A DNA stretch of 64,000 nucleotides from Octopus vulgaris (taxonomy: Eukaryota), in assembly GCA_951406725.2 (NCBI GenBank), contig OX597815.1, positions 113,584,001 through 113,648,000 of the forward strand, given 5' to 3'. Of the stretch, positions 1 to 12,481 are shown piece by piece (the stretch's first letter is position 1; each line of letters starts with the position of its first letter). Below the pieces are notes generated by a model. The model was not told the DNA's origin, did no database searches, and was given only the letters and a program-made list of their open reading frames with translations. The position numbers were made by a program, and so were the translations under genes.

Positions 1-858
1 TCAGATGAACTAGAAACCACAAAGTACTTTGTTTGAATTAAATGCTTCTGTTTAGTAGTTTCCATGCCAGTGTCTATTGGCAGACATTGTATGCATATGT
101 ACATGAATAAGATGTGCCTCTACACATTCTTTGTGTTTTTATTTTACTCTTTTACTTGTTTCATTCATTTGACTGCAGCCATTCTGGAGCACTGTATATA
201 AAATTTTTGTTCACAATGCATTGGGCAACCTGAGACTATGATTGAAGACACTTGCCTAAGATATCACTCAGTGAGATCAGGCTCAGAGCTGTGTTGTGAA
301 GTGAGCTTCTTAACCACACAGCAACAGAATCTGTTTTTATTCTCTTTGGGTTAATTCTGTCAACCAGAGTTCTTCCTTACAAATGTAGGGTATTTTGCTT
401 TTGTAAAAAAAAAGAATTGAAAAAGCAATATCATGATTAAATGATTTTTCTAACCTCAATACAGTGCCATAAATTTTGAGGGAGGAAATATTTGATTAAG
501 CCAAACCCAATATTTGACAAATAAAGAAGGCAAGAATAGTCAATTAAATTGACCCCAGTACTCGACTCGTTCCAAGGGCTGGGATTGCTTGATGAAATCA
601 ACTCCAGTAGTTGGTTTGTTCTTTTGTTCTAAAGGAATGGAACAGCTAATTGAATTGATCCTATTGACAAACAAAGTTGAAAGGAACAGTTGATTTTATT
701 GAATCCATAAAGATGAATGACAGTCAGTCCTGGTGGGATTTGAATCCAGACAAAAAAGGAAAGCATGGTTTGCAAAATGAAAAAAACATAATAATTTTAA
801 GTTGTTAACCCAATTACTTTAACCATTCCCTTAATCTTTTTTTTTTTTTCATTTACAG

Positions 859-976
859 ATCAATGTATTTTGATGAAGATGGAGATCTTGCGCATGAATT
901 TTACGAAGAAGTATTTCTCGACCGAATGGGGAAGAAGCGCATGATGCGTAAACAAGAGCGGAACTTGATAGCGCAG
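859..976 (+). CDS. TUSC2: Tumor suppressor candidate 2 (TUSC2/FUS1) homolog, penultimate coding exon
   Basis: Acceptor (T)n-catttacag at 857-858 and donor CAG|gtaggt at 976/977. Translates (G)SMYFDEDGDLAHEFYEEVFLDRMGKKRMMRKQERNLIAQ, matching the TUSC2 motif GSMFYDEDGDLAHEFYEE...KNLIPQ. The first exon lies upstream of the window. Confidence 0.95.
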
Positions 977-1981
977 GTAGGTTGGTGGGTTTGCTTTTTG
1001 TTAAAAGTAACAGTGCTTATGAGACTAAACTAGTTGTTTTAGGTGTTGAGAACTTAGAAAATGTATGTGTTCTAGAGCTGGCGTGTCTCTTAGAAGTGAT
1101 ATGTCACTTACAGGAGTAATTCTCAGTCTGGCAAATACTAGACTCTGGTAAAAAAAAAACATATTAGTGACATTATTTTTGTCCTCCCCACTCTTTATTA
1201 CTGGAAAGATAAATGTGAGTTTGCTTTCTATAATTTTTTTTTAACTATGGTAATTAACAAGTTGAAAAGCTTGAAATCATTTTAATTTTATTTAACATGG
1301 CAATTTTTCCTCCCCTCTTCATCCCACAGCATTCTCTGAATGAGAAATACTGACAGAAAAGTAGTGTGTCACTTAGAAGTGGTATGTAATACAGAGGTAT
1401 TTTGTTAGGTGAAGTTTGTGTTGTAGTATCACAGAGAGATGGTGTGTCACTTTATAGGTCCAAGGTGTCTAGAGATGATGTGTCACTGAAAGGTACTTAC
1501 CAATGTTTATTCGTTTTGTTTCATGGTTTGATCGGTTTTACGTAAAGTAGCTTATAAACGTTGATTTTATACCCTTATGTCTGCAATATTATCTTTTTTC
1601 AGTATATTTTCATTGTTTGAACTTAGTGCATGACTGAAAAATTATTCATCAGCCATTGAAATTACTACATAGAAGGGAGGTAACTTTATCGGTAATTGGA
1701 GCTGTAATAGGCTAAACTTGATGTTTAAATTTATAATGACAAATTAACGTAATTTATAGCAGAGATGTTAATTAGGAAGATATATACAGATATAAAACAT
1801 AAAATTTGATTGTTTTTACCTTTAGATTCTATATGTAAATTTTACTGCATTATTAATATCAACAATGTCAATAGAATACATTTTCCTTGTTTAGAGATTG
1901 TTTAATGTTGAGATGTCTCAAACTGCCACCATTTAATCAATAGCTCTGTTTTCTAATATTTCTGTTTTTGTTATTTTCTAG

Positions 1982-2056
1982 GGTGAAATTGAGCTTCCAT
2001 TTCCACGACTACATGTTGACTTCCCTATAGTAATTTGTGAAGCCCCAGACTTGTGA
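1982..2056 (+). CDS. TUSC2: TUSC2/FUS1 homolog, terminal coding exon
   Basis: Acceptor ttattttctag|G, phase 0 and in frame with the previous exon. GEIELPFPRLHVDFPIVICEAPDL* matches the TUSC2 C-terminus GIVKLDHPRIHVDFPVILYEV. Stop TGA at 2054-2056. Confidence 0.95.
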   Translation, partial: GEIELPFPRLHVDFPIVICEAPDL

Positions 2057-2251
2057 TGGTCTGGGATATGATCTTTCACCCCATTCCAAACAGTGATTGG
2101 AGATCTTGCTCAAGCATGTCTGAAATTGCAGGACAAATCACAGTGCTTTTGGTGAGAGACAGGCAGAGAAGCACAAACACATAGTGATATGATATTCTAA
2201 AGCAAATCAGGCCAACACAAATTACCTCACAGCACTCTTTGTTAAAGTAAA

Positions 2252-2257
2252 AATAAA
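2252..2257 (+). promoter_or_regulatory. Candidate polyadenylation signal for TUSC2
   Basis: First AATAAA about 200 nt after the stop codon; the motif is common in AT-rich DNA. Confidence 0.3.
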
Positions 2258-2899
2258 AACTTTTATAAAGCAAGATTTCATGGTCTTGGAGTGCACCCAT
2301 TTCAATATGATATTTACTAATCTTTGAATTACATGTCTGTACAGCTCCATTCTGGGAGTCAGTAAAGAATATACTATCAGTTATGTTGAGTGGGTTGTTA
2401 TCAGTAAATGAGAGTATTCCTTGTAGTCAGGGTGCCCCAACAACCAGTTATTTCAAATTGATGCAAATATTTACTTTCAGTGATTACATTAAAGGTAAAA
2501 AATGAAATTACAACTTCAATCTGAATCGACAATGATCAACCCAATTGTAATTATGTAGGGCTGAATGGCACATAAGCCCATGTTTACATGAAAAATGACA
2601 ATATCCAAAAAGCTTTAACATTTGAGTTGATGGTCCAGTCTAAATATATCTGGGGTTCACTTGCTTTCAAAAAGAGATTGCTTATTTAGCTCCATAAGAT
2701 ACTGTGTTTATAGAGTAAATCTTTTAACATCAGGTTATTTTGGAGATGATTTGAAAATATTTAACAACAAAAAAGTAATCGAATTTAATATCAGACAGTG
2801 TTTATATGATGTTATATACACTCTTAATTCATCAAAGTCTTTTAACAGGCAAAGTTTAAAGAAGACAATGATTAAATGCATTAAATGTTTTATAAATTG

Positions 2900-3290
2900 T
2901 GAAAAGTGTTTTAAAATTTGTGATGAATATACGAAAAATGGTCATGTTTTTGTGTAGGAACATTTTACATCAAGATCAAAGACATTGTTTGCAAAGATTA
3001 GAGTTGTCCAAGTTAGAACCAGCTTCCTGTCTTTCTCAATCCATGATTGTAGGTGTCTTGCACAAGTACCATCACTCACAGGATGTTATCCAAATATATC
3101 TACTTGAAAGATGCTCCCTTTGAGATGCTGGTTTAAAATGTCAGCTGTTGGAGTTAGTCTTTTCTTATCCATTGTCTTGTGACTGAACATTTTCATTCTC
3201 AAGAAATCAACAGTGGTATCATCAACATAATTTTCATTGGAATACAGCCTGCAGACAAGCTGCATCACAACTTCTTTCTACTGTAATTTT
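2900..3290 (-). mobile_element. Degenerate Academ-like (XPG/CxC C-terminus) DNA transposon relic
   Basis: Minus-strand peptides MQLVCRLYS..VDFLRMKMFSHK..RLTPTADILNQHLKGSIFQVDI..NHG..KLVLTWTTL..FDLDVKCS resemble the FVCxLY..LPPTxxALxxHxxRAxYQxxIW..GW..PxWTTLP..CxC tail of Academ-type proteins. Contains stops and frameshifts. Confidence 0.55.
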
Positions 3291-5419
3291 TGATGATATG
3301 GTGTGCTAGCTGCAACTGTGATATCAGTTATGTGACAAGTTCTGTCATTCATCTCTCAGCAGTATAGTTTCCTATTAAGCTTAAAAGTTGATGTGCTGTC
3401 TGATCAAGAGAAAGCGTAAAAGAGAGTCATTGCTTTGAGTGTTGTTTCTTTTAAGCTTGAATTTGTATGCTGTATGACTAAGTGATGTTTTCTGTTGAAA
3501 TTTCCATAGAAAACCATTCGTAGATTTTTCTTGATTGACACTTTGAAAAAGATATAATTTTTCTCAAGTATTTCTTTTCTAGAAGTAATTATATTTTTCT
3601 TGCTCCCTCAATTCTAGATTGAGCTAAAGATGATGTTGAGTTGCACTTCTTTCTTCATGATGACAAGCTCTTCATTGCCTCTTCTTTCTGTGAATTATTC
3701 TTCACAACAGCTAATCTCAGGACTAGTTAGAATTCAGTACTTTAAGATGGTAGGGTTTTCACTAATAGGAATCATTCTCCCAGTTCCTTTCACTTCCATT
3801 TAATGCATTTCATATTTGTCTTCTTTATATTCTGGTTGTTTGGAGTTTGTTGATGATTTGAAGGGATTGTCTTTATTATTCATATGTATTATGTAAACTT
3901 ACTTGATATTACATTTTCTTATTGCTTTTAGTTTATCTTTTGGAGCTTTTTGTGAGGTTTTTTCTTGTTCCTTGCCATTTTTGAATTATCTCTAAATAAA
4001 CCTGATGTTAAATAATTCATATTGATATTGTAGACACAGTACCTTATAGGGATAAACTAATTATAAATATGAGTGTAGATCTTCATTTCAAACCAAATGA
4101 CACCAAATATATTCAGATCATACTCTCAACACAAATATTAGAGCTATTTGAATATTGCCACTTCCATCAAAAACACAGTCATGCTTCTCAAATCTCTTAC
4201 ATGCTTCCTATTGGGCTGTCTATTGTCCCCTTGAGCTGAAGTTGTAATTTAAATTCTTACCTTTCAATGTGATACCAACAAGTACACTTTTGCCTCAATT
4301 TGGGAAGGAAATAAATTTTGCCAAAATTGGCATCCCAGTATATTAGAGACTAAACTTCAGATATTGTCAAATTTGACAGCATGTTCAAAATTATATATAT
4401 TTATTATAACAAATACAGTGAACCTTTTTTCTTTAGGTTTAATCTTAAGAAAATTGGGATGAAAAATTTTGTAAAAATTGTTTTAGAATCTAACTATATA
4501 TTCTATTTTCACTTTAGTATTTATTCTTTTGATTTTTTTTTATATAACCTTAACAATTAAACTTTTTAATGTTTATGTGTTCTAATATAATACTAAAACC
4601 TTTGTGTTTTTCTTTAACATTTTTGATTTTTAACAGTGAAAAGATAGCTCTAAATTAAAATTTCGTAAGTTATATATATATATATATACACATATGTATA
4701 TATATATAACTTCACTCATTGAAATTATTTTAATTTTCACTATTTACTACATTAAATTTCACTATTTCTAACATTGTTTTCATGTTGAAAGAATAGATAT
4801 TTCTAATTTAATAAAAAAAAGAAAAAAAGATTTAGCTTTTTCTTACTTCCTATTTAGAAAGATTGCACCAAATTTCTATAAATAGTTCTGCAGAATCTTG
4901 GCCACCAAGCAAAACTTAAACTTCAGCTAAAGAAGCCAAAGAGTTTCTAGTTTTAATTAATGAGTCAATCAATCAAGTGACAAATTTCTGTTTAAAGTCA
5001 ACTCAAAATAAATCTTGTGGTTCTCACTAACATATGTAGTACAAAATACATTATATTCAACTAAAAGCTGATGGTGGTTCTCTACATTTTTTTCTCTGGA
5101 AAGAGACTAAGCAATATCAATTTTATTTCATATTTCTATTGAATATGTTTATTATTCACATATTGTATTATAGAATGTTTGCTTTTTAAAAAAAAAATTA
5201 AATAAATAATCAGAAATGATTTTTTGTTTTTGTCTTTTTTTCTTTTGCCTCTCTCCATCTATTAATGAACATATGAATGATTGTCTCCAACTGCTATTCC
5301 CTAATTCTGTTGTATCTCTAGGTCTGGTGATGTCCTTCACACTCCTATGCTTTAATGATCTATATCAGTGTTTCTTTACCATTTTTTATGTGTTGACCTC
5401 TTTGAGTCCTATTTTGTTT

Positions 5420-5626
5420 GGGTGGACATCCATAGCTATTTGATGTTTTAAAAAAAACCTATTATATTTTTATAATTAAATATTATTAGGAATTTTATAT
5501 CAAAAATTGTTTAAAAATTTTTTTATTTATTGTGAAAGTATAACCAATTTATTGCTGATAAATTTTAGCAACTAAATTTTATATGAACCTCTAAGGGTCA
5601 TATGGATCCCAATTAAGAATCACTGA
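5420..5626 (+). mobile_element. hAT/Charlie-like MITE fragment (second copy at 47843-48012, minus)
   Basis: Ends ..cccaattaagaatcactg. Shares tagc(t/c)atttgatgttt..tattattaggaatt..ataaatttta with the reverse complement of 47843-48012. Confidence 0.5.
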
Positions 5627-5639
5627 CCTATGTGTTGTC

Positions 5640-6180
5640 ATTTTAAACTACCTGAACACCTATGCAGATGATATCGCACTTTATCCCTAAATGTTCTAGA
5701 CACAGGCATTATCCACACACAATGTAAGCTTCTTATACCAGATCTGCAGCATTAACATGAATAATAACCTTACAACCTCAACTCTTTGAATAGTACAAAG
5801 ACACAGTTGCTGCTATACTTTACCACCAATGCACCATTGTAACCCTTAAAGTTGTTTACAAATACTAGGCTTCTCACTCCTTAATGATCTTTCAGGGTCA
5901 GAAAGTAAAACCCACTTTGGTGTACTGTTCACATGGTACTCATACCACATAGTGGCAAGATGCTTGTAGACAACAACCAGATGCAGGCCATTCTGTTAAT
6001 GATGCCTTCACCAATACACTACAAGCATTAGCTTTCTTGCTATTGCCTCTCTCTGCCTATTATATTATTGTTACAGTCATTTCCCCCACAACACCTGTCT
6101 TTTCTCCTATCTTCTCTCATATTTGTTACCAAATTCATCTGGTCCTTCCTTCCCAGAACTGTAGCCCTGGTGGAACAGGC
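5640..6180 (+). mobile_element. Decayed CR1/L2-type LINE RT fragment
   Basis: TYADDIAL (acctatgcagatgatatc) and VKPTLVYCSH. The 3' part accaaattcatctggtccttccttcccagaactg recurs inverted at about 9225-9265. Confidence 0.6.
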
Positions 6181-6718
6181 CCTGATAAAAATATCTAAAA
6201 ACCATCTCAGTGTATACTCCTTTAGGAAATGTTACTGATGTTTCAGCTCCAGAAACTGCAGTTATTGATGAATTACACTATAGTTTATCACAACATTTTA
6301 TCAGTCTTTTTAATTTTTTTCACTCACTTGAATGTGACCATACTGAAGCACTGCCTTCTAGAATATTAATGCTTACATTGACTCCAGTGCTTATTTTTAT
6401 TGACCGATACCTATTTTATTAACTTCAGGCAGATGAAAAGTAAAATGAAACCTTAGTAGGATTTGAGCTCAAAATGTAAGGGATGTGAGCAAATATCAAA
6501 AATGAGATATTTTATCCATTGCTCTACCAAGTCTATTGTCCATTCCCTGTATTAATAATAGCTTTTTAAAAAATGGTTTTTTTTCTCTGTTTAACACATA
6601 TTTCAAAGGTTGCTGTTGCTTAGCCCTGAGTTAGCTTTGAGTCAACTTTTGATCAAATGCTCTCATGCCATGACCATCCTAACATTATATTTCTTTTTGG
6701 TTTTCTATATGATATATT

Positions 6719-6929
6719 CTTTTCTACTCTAGGCACAAGGCCCAAAATTTTTGGGGAGGGGACCAGTCGATTACATCGACTCCAGAACGCAACTGGTACT
6801 TAATTTATCAACACCGAAAGGATGAAAGGCAAAGTCAACCTTGGCGGAATTTGAACACAGAACGTAAAGACAGACAAAATACCACTAAGCATTTTGCCCG
6901 GCATGCTAATGTTTCTGCCAGCTTGCCAC
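6719..6929 (-). mobile_element. tRNA-derived SINE (Meta/MESC-like core), family B, with 18-bp TSD
   Basis: Core gactttgcctttcatcctttcggtgttgataaattaagtaccag. Flanking direct repeat TTTTCTATATGATATATT at 6701-6718 and 6930-6947. Confidence 0.85.
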
Positions 6930-8139
6930 TTTTCTATATGATATATTTTACAGTTTATCCTTTCCCACATTTTTAAGTCAGTGGGTATGATATAATGGTG
7001 ATTTGGTTGCTATTTCTAACAGGCCTGAAGTTCCTTGGTAGCTTCTTTTAGGAAGGTTATTTAGTAGAAGTGGAGTTAAAATGATATTTTGGAGAATAGG
7101 TTTACAGTTTGGGAGTTTAACAACTTTAGAATTTAAACCAGCCAAAATATTCTACCTATTTTACATTGAAATGGATCAGATCCTGCCTCTCACAGCTACC
7201 CTCATCATCAAAATCTTGATGCCACAAGACATTGCATGATTAATACAACAGGAATAAATAAGCATTACATTTGACCAGTAATCTAAATGCTGAAGGGTGA
7301 AGCCTGGTTGCATGATTCTATTCACTTAACTGTTAGAATTAATTATGTCTCAGTGGGCCAACAAGGAAAGTTTATGCAGTCACTTGACCTGTAGAAATAG
7401 CAGTCAAATCTTCCCCAAATCATACACCATCTAGGACACACTAGATAATGCAGTCCTAGGTACACTGAATAAAAGATGGGATGGTCAAGCCTGGAATGCT
7501 TTTGGCCATAGATTTATTCAGTCAGGGCTGACCTAGGACTATGCAACAACAGCTATGTCCCAGGTTTTCTTAGCAAAATGTCAATATGTTTGATCACCTG
7601 TCAACATATCCTCTTTGATCATGAAACAAGAAGCAGCTGGCTCTGTTTATCACACAAGTAATTAAATATGTCACCTTTTAAGTGGCTTTAAAAAAATTTA
7701 TTCACAAGAAAAACGAAGCACCAGATTAAATGCTTTACAATATTTAATTTCCTTCTTTGGGATTCTTAGTTCAAATCTTGTTATGAAGGATTATCCCTTT
7801 GCTCCACCTCTACACTATTACAACAGTTAGTAAAGTAAACACCTTTAATAAAATGGGATTGTTACAATGAATTTCATTTCCTTTCTTCAGATTTCCAGTC
7901 TGAAGATAATTCCCTTCATTTCTCTTACCAGTTTTACAGATTGTGAAATAGGCGCTGTCTTTCTCCGCTTTTAAGTATTTTAAAAAAATGAAATAAAAAA
8001 GAAGGGGTACTTTAAAATAACATACTGCAATAAGAAATAAAATTAAGGAATGAGAAATAACTTAAATAAGCTTTTAGCATCATTTGAAATAAGTATAATA
8101 ATAAGAAATGTACTGAATGGTGCATGGAAAATTCTTACA

Positions 8140-8341
8140 ACCATCATTTAATGTCCATTTTCCATGCTGGTGTAGGTTGGATGGTTTGACAGGAACAGGC
8201 AAGTCAGAAGACTACACCAAGCTCTGCTGTTTGTTTTTGTATGGGTTTTTTTTATGGCTGGATGCCCTTCCTAACATCAACCACTTTGCAGAGTGTACTG
8301 GGTAGAATTTACATGGCAGCAGTGAGGTCACTAAGTAACTT
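8140..8341 (-). mobile_element. RTE-derived 3' end
   Basis: Shared tail catcatttaatgtcc..ccatgctgg..ggatgcccttcctaac seen in more than 15 copies. Confidence 0.75.
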
Positions 8342-8718
8342 GTACATTATTTATAATAGATGGATATTTGTCCTCATCTTGTTTGTTGTTAACACAACAT
8401 TTCAGCAGATATACCCTCCAGCCTTCATCATGTGTCCTGGGGAAATTTCGAACCTGGGTTCTCATTCCTAAGGTATTTTTCGATGTTGTTATTATTATTC
8501 AGGTCACTGCCTGGAATCGATGGCTTTGTGGTTAAGAGTGCAGGCTACTAACCCCAAGATTCCAAGTTTGATTCCAGGCAGTGACCTGAATAATAATAAT
8601 AATAACAACAACATCAAAAAATACCTTAGGAATGAGAACCCAAGACACCTGATGAAGGCTGGAGAGTATATCAGCTGAAACATTGTTAACAACAAGCAAA
8701 ATATCTGTCAATTGTAAA
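8342..8718. mobile_element. Head-to-head pair of a tRNA-headed, hammerhead-bearing short retroelement
   Basis: 8342-8520 (minus) and 8521-8718 (plus) are inverted copies. The plus copy has A-box TGGCTTTGTGG, B-box GTT(T/C)GATTCC, an (AAT)n linker and a hammerhead motif. Confidence 0.75.
8644..8687 (+). ncRNA. Minimal type-I hammerhead ribozyme motif (degenerate copy)
   Basis: GACAC-CTGATGA-A-GGCTG-loop-CAGCT-GAAA-CATT-GTT. The inverted copy at 8391-8436 supplies GAAATGTT-GTGTT, giving the consensus GAAACGTT|GTGTT. Confidence 0.7.
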
Positions 8719-9066
8719 TGGCTGTGTGGTAAGTAGCTTGCTAACCAACCACACGGTTGCGGGTTCAGTCCCACTGCGTGGCATCTTGGGCAAGTGTCTT
8801 CTGCTATAGCCCCGGGCCGACCAATGCCTTGTGAGTGGATTTGGTAGACGGAAACTGAAAGAAGCCTGTCGTATATATGTATATATATGTATATGTGTGT
8901 GTGTCTGTGTTTGTCCCCCTAGCATTGCTTGACAACCGATGCTGGTGTGTTTACGTCCCCGTCACTTAGCGGTTCGGCAAAAAGAGACCGATAGAATAAG
9001 TACTAAAAGGTGGTGCTCCAGCATGGCCGCAGTCAGATGACTGAAACAAGTAATAGAGTAAAAGAG
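8719..9066 (+). mobile_element. tRNA-derived SINE family A (internal TA/TG microsatellite)
   Basis: A-box TGGCTGTGTGG, B-box GGTTCAGTCCC, cttgggcaagtgtctt core, tail ccagcatggccgcagtc..tgactgaaacaagtaa..agagtaaa; many CpGs retained. Confidence 0.85.
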
Positions 9067-9094
9067 TAATGTACTAAATTAAGAGTAATAATTT

Positions 9095-9400
9095 ATGTAG
9101 CATCATGGACTAGGGATTGGAGAGAGTGGGTAGGTGGATGAGTTCACAATATTTCGAAAGGAGAAGGTCAATGCAGATGTGTGAAGGGGAAAAAAAACAT
9201 TAGCAGGAAGGGAATTCAAGAGGGTCGCAGTTCTGGGAAGGAAGGACCAGATGAATTTGGTACCAAATACGGGAGAAGAGAGGAGGAAAAACAGGTATTG
9301 GGCAGAAAAGATTTCAAAACCAGAGGTGGAGAAAGGGATTTAACAAGAAAATATTGCATGCAGGTGAATGACTTACAGAAATTGAAACCATTAGTATAGT
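9095..9400 (-). mobile_element. CR1/L2-type LINE 3' fragment
   Basis: Minus strand SFLPRTATLLNSLPANVF; same family as 5640-6180. Confidence 0.6.
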
Positions 9401-9409
9401 AATATTATT

Positions 9410-10290
9410 AAAGTAGCAAGTTGGCAGAACCATTAGCATGGTTAGCATGCTTAGCAGCATTTCAGTTTTACTTTCTGTGGTTGACTTTGCCTTTCATTCT
9501 ATCAGGGTCTATACGATAGGTACCAGTTGAGCACTAGGGTCGATTTCATTGACTAACCCCTTCCCTCAAAATTTCAGGCTTTGTACCTGTAGTAGAAAGG
9601 ATTATTATTGGCCCCAGTAGTTTTGTGGGATTCCCTTAAGCAGCTCTAGGCAATCTCCTTCTTTTGGGGAATCATTCCTTGTTAATTTTTTAAACATTTT
9701 ACTCACATTTTATATAATCCACATTGTATTGTCTTGTACCTTCCCTAATGCTTTTGTGAACCCTAAGTGGTTAATAAAGAAAGCATTATTATTAAGACAG
9801 TAAGCAGGTAGAAATGTTAGCATGCTGGGCAAAATGCTTAGCAGCATTTTATATTTGTGTATGTTCTTAGTACAAATTCCACTGAAGTTAACTTTGCTTT
9901 TCATCTTTCGAGGTCAATAAAATGGGTACCAGTTGAGCACTGGGGTCGATGTAATTGGCTAGCCCCCTCCTCCAAAATTTCAGGCTTTGTGCCAATAATC
10001 GAAAGGATTATTATTGTTATTATTATTATTACTATTATTATTATTATTATTATTATTAAGGCGGCAAGCTGGCAGAAGTGTTAGCATGCTGGGTAAAATG
10101 CTTAGAGCCATTTCATCTATTTGTATGTTCTGAGTTCAAATTCTGCCAAGGTCGACTTTGCCTTTCATCCTTTCGGGGTCAATAAATTAAGTACCAGTAA
10201 AACACTGGGGTCAATGTAATCAACCTGTCTCCTACCCCCAAATTTCAGTCCTTGTGTCTTTACTAGAAAGGATTATTATTATTATTTTTA
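9410..10290 (+). mobile_element. Three same-orientation SINE family B copies ending in (ATT)n
   Basis: Copies at about 9410-9608, 9800-10057 and 10058-10290, each ending gaaaggattattatt. Confidence 0.8.
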
Positions 10291-10413
10291 TTATAAACTT
10301 TCCAATGGTGCATACTTGAAGCCAGCCACATGCTTTGGATAAGAATCCGTCATCTTTGATATAATAAAAAGTGAATAACACATTTACTGATGTTATGAAT
10401 AGCTTCCAAGCCT

Positions 10414-10860
10414 ATCATCATCATCATCATCATCATTTAATGTCTGCCTTCCATGCTGGCATGGGTGGGGTGGTTTGACAAGAGCCGGCCAGACTTCTGT
10501 AACTGTTTTGGCAGGATTTTTACAGCTGGATGCTCTTCCTAACAACAACCACTCAGGAGAGTGGACTTTGTGCTTTTTTCATGGCACAAGCACAGGCGAG
10601 GTTAGTTTTGGCAAGGTTTTTACAGCTGGATGCCCTTCCAAATGCCAACCACTTTACATTGTCACCAAGTACTTGCAAGACAAAAAAAAACTTTTGAAGA
10701 GGGAGGGGGTCATTGGAGGAGTGATTTTGTATTGGATGATGAAAGGTTATAGAGAGGCATGAGGTAGTGTCTTGCTGTAGAAGAGGTACAAGGTTACCAG
10801 GTCAGAGAGGGAGAGAGAGATCAGGAATGAAGACAGAAACAGGTGCACTGTCACAAAGGA
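10414..10860 (-). mobile_element. RTE-tail element subfamily (also 48015-48460)
   Basis: (ATC)n tail, duplicated ggatgcccttcc motif and shared gtcaccaagtaacttgcaagac..gagggagggg body. Confidence 0.7.
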
Positions 10861-12448
10861 AATTCATCCAACCTTAGGAAAGTGCAGGAGAAGGAGAAAG
10901 AGAGAGTAGGAGACAGTTGGATAGAGATTGTGGCAAAGTGCTGGGCATACGCAATGATACAGTGAGACAGGGCATGGGTGGAACACACAGGTTAGAAGCT
11001 AGCGGAGAGCAATGATACAGTGGCACAGGTCCAAGAGGACAGGATTGGTGATTGGGAGATAAACCTAGTGCTTGAAGTGGAAATGTGAGGAAGAGATGTA
11101 GAGATGTTGTTTGGTTTGTTGTGGTAGAGTATGTGAGAAATTTTCTTGTTAAGTGTGGGTGGGACACACAGCACTTCTAGAACTCACTTTCATTGCCATG
11201 GGCAGGTCATGATACATAGATGCCTATTTAATCAAATACTGTCACATCTGTGTATGCCAGTTTTGTAATTTTAGGCCTTGTGCCTTTAGTAGAAAGGATT
11301 ATTATCATTGTATTGCACCACCAGATGGTGCCATATAAGCTCACACAAAACTGTTTCTGAGATGTGGACAGCACCATCATTTGCAATTGCAGACTGATGC
11401 TTGCATGCTGCATCTATTTTGTTTTGATGTTTCTAATTTGTTTCGTTTTTAGTTTAATGTTTCATGTGCTTGTTGTATAAAATATCTTCTATGCATGTAA
11501 GATGCGTTGTTTCATTGAATGCTGATTGTGTTACATATGTGTTGCCTGAATTGTGTTATAGTATCGGGTAGCAGTTGTGTATTATTAATATCCTCAAACG
11601 AAGCCTTCTCACCTTTATTTAACTCCGTTTTTCACTTGTTTTTTCTTGTTCACATCCCATGGTCTACAGCTTACTTTCCCATATCAGCATTTCCTTAAAT
11701 TTACACCATAACATGTTTTCCTATGTCAATCTCCAGTTTATTTTTGGTTACAGGGAAAATATTCATGAGAAAATTCATCATATTTGGTGGATGTTTTACT
11801 AATGATTTCCTTCCCTGCTTCATACATATTCAAAGCAGACACTCATACACACACATGCAAAGACACTCAGACACACACATAGATATGCACACATGTACAC
11901 ACAAGAATTACCAGCCACTGATATACTAGAAATAGCGGTCAAATTTCTCTCAAATTACATTTTACCATTTAAAAAGGGAAGAACACATTCAATGATGTAG
12001 TCCTAAATATACTGTATCTGAAAAAGAGCAAAATAGAATTATCACAATATACTAAGATTATATAAAATTTAAGTCCTGAGCTTCACATGGGTTTTCATTA
12101 ACTCAAAGCTAAATAAAATATTACTAATTTCTTTATTGCTTAAAGCCTTTCTTTCTTTTCTTTTGCTTTCTTTCTTCCTTTCTCTCTTTCTTCTTTCTTC
12201 TTTCTTCTCATTCTTTATTTTTTCTTTCCTCCTTTTTTTCCTTTCTTTCATTCATCCCTTTTCTTTCTCATTTTTTCTCTTTTTCTTTGCTCCTTTTCTT
12301 TCTCTTGTTTACTTTTTGCTCTCTTCTCTCATTCTATCCTCTCCTCTCTTTGTATTTCTATCTTCCTACAATCTTTTTAACCAATCCCTTACCTTTGACT
12401 AAGTAAATTGTTGAGCAGTTTTAGCAAACAGGAAGCACACCACTACAA

Positions 12449-12449
12449 C

Positions 12450-12481
<32 letters not shown>

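Noticed and set aside
1501-1580. Antisense coding exon in the TUSC2 intron (tgcag acceptor, gtaagt donor)
   Set aside because: Stops in all three frames; the splice-like motifs alone are insufficient.
8521-8587. Functional tRNA gene
   Set aside because: No intact acceptor stem, a mutated B-box, no oligo-T terminator, and it is embedded in a repeated element.
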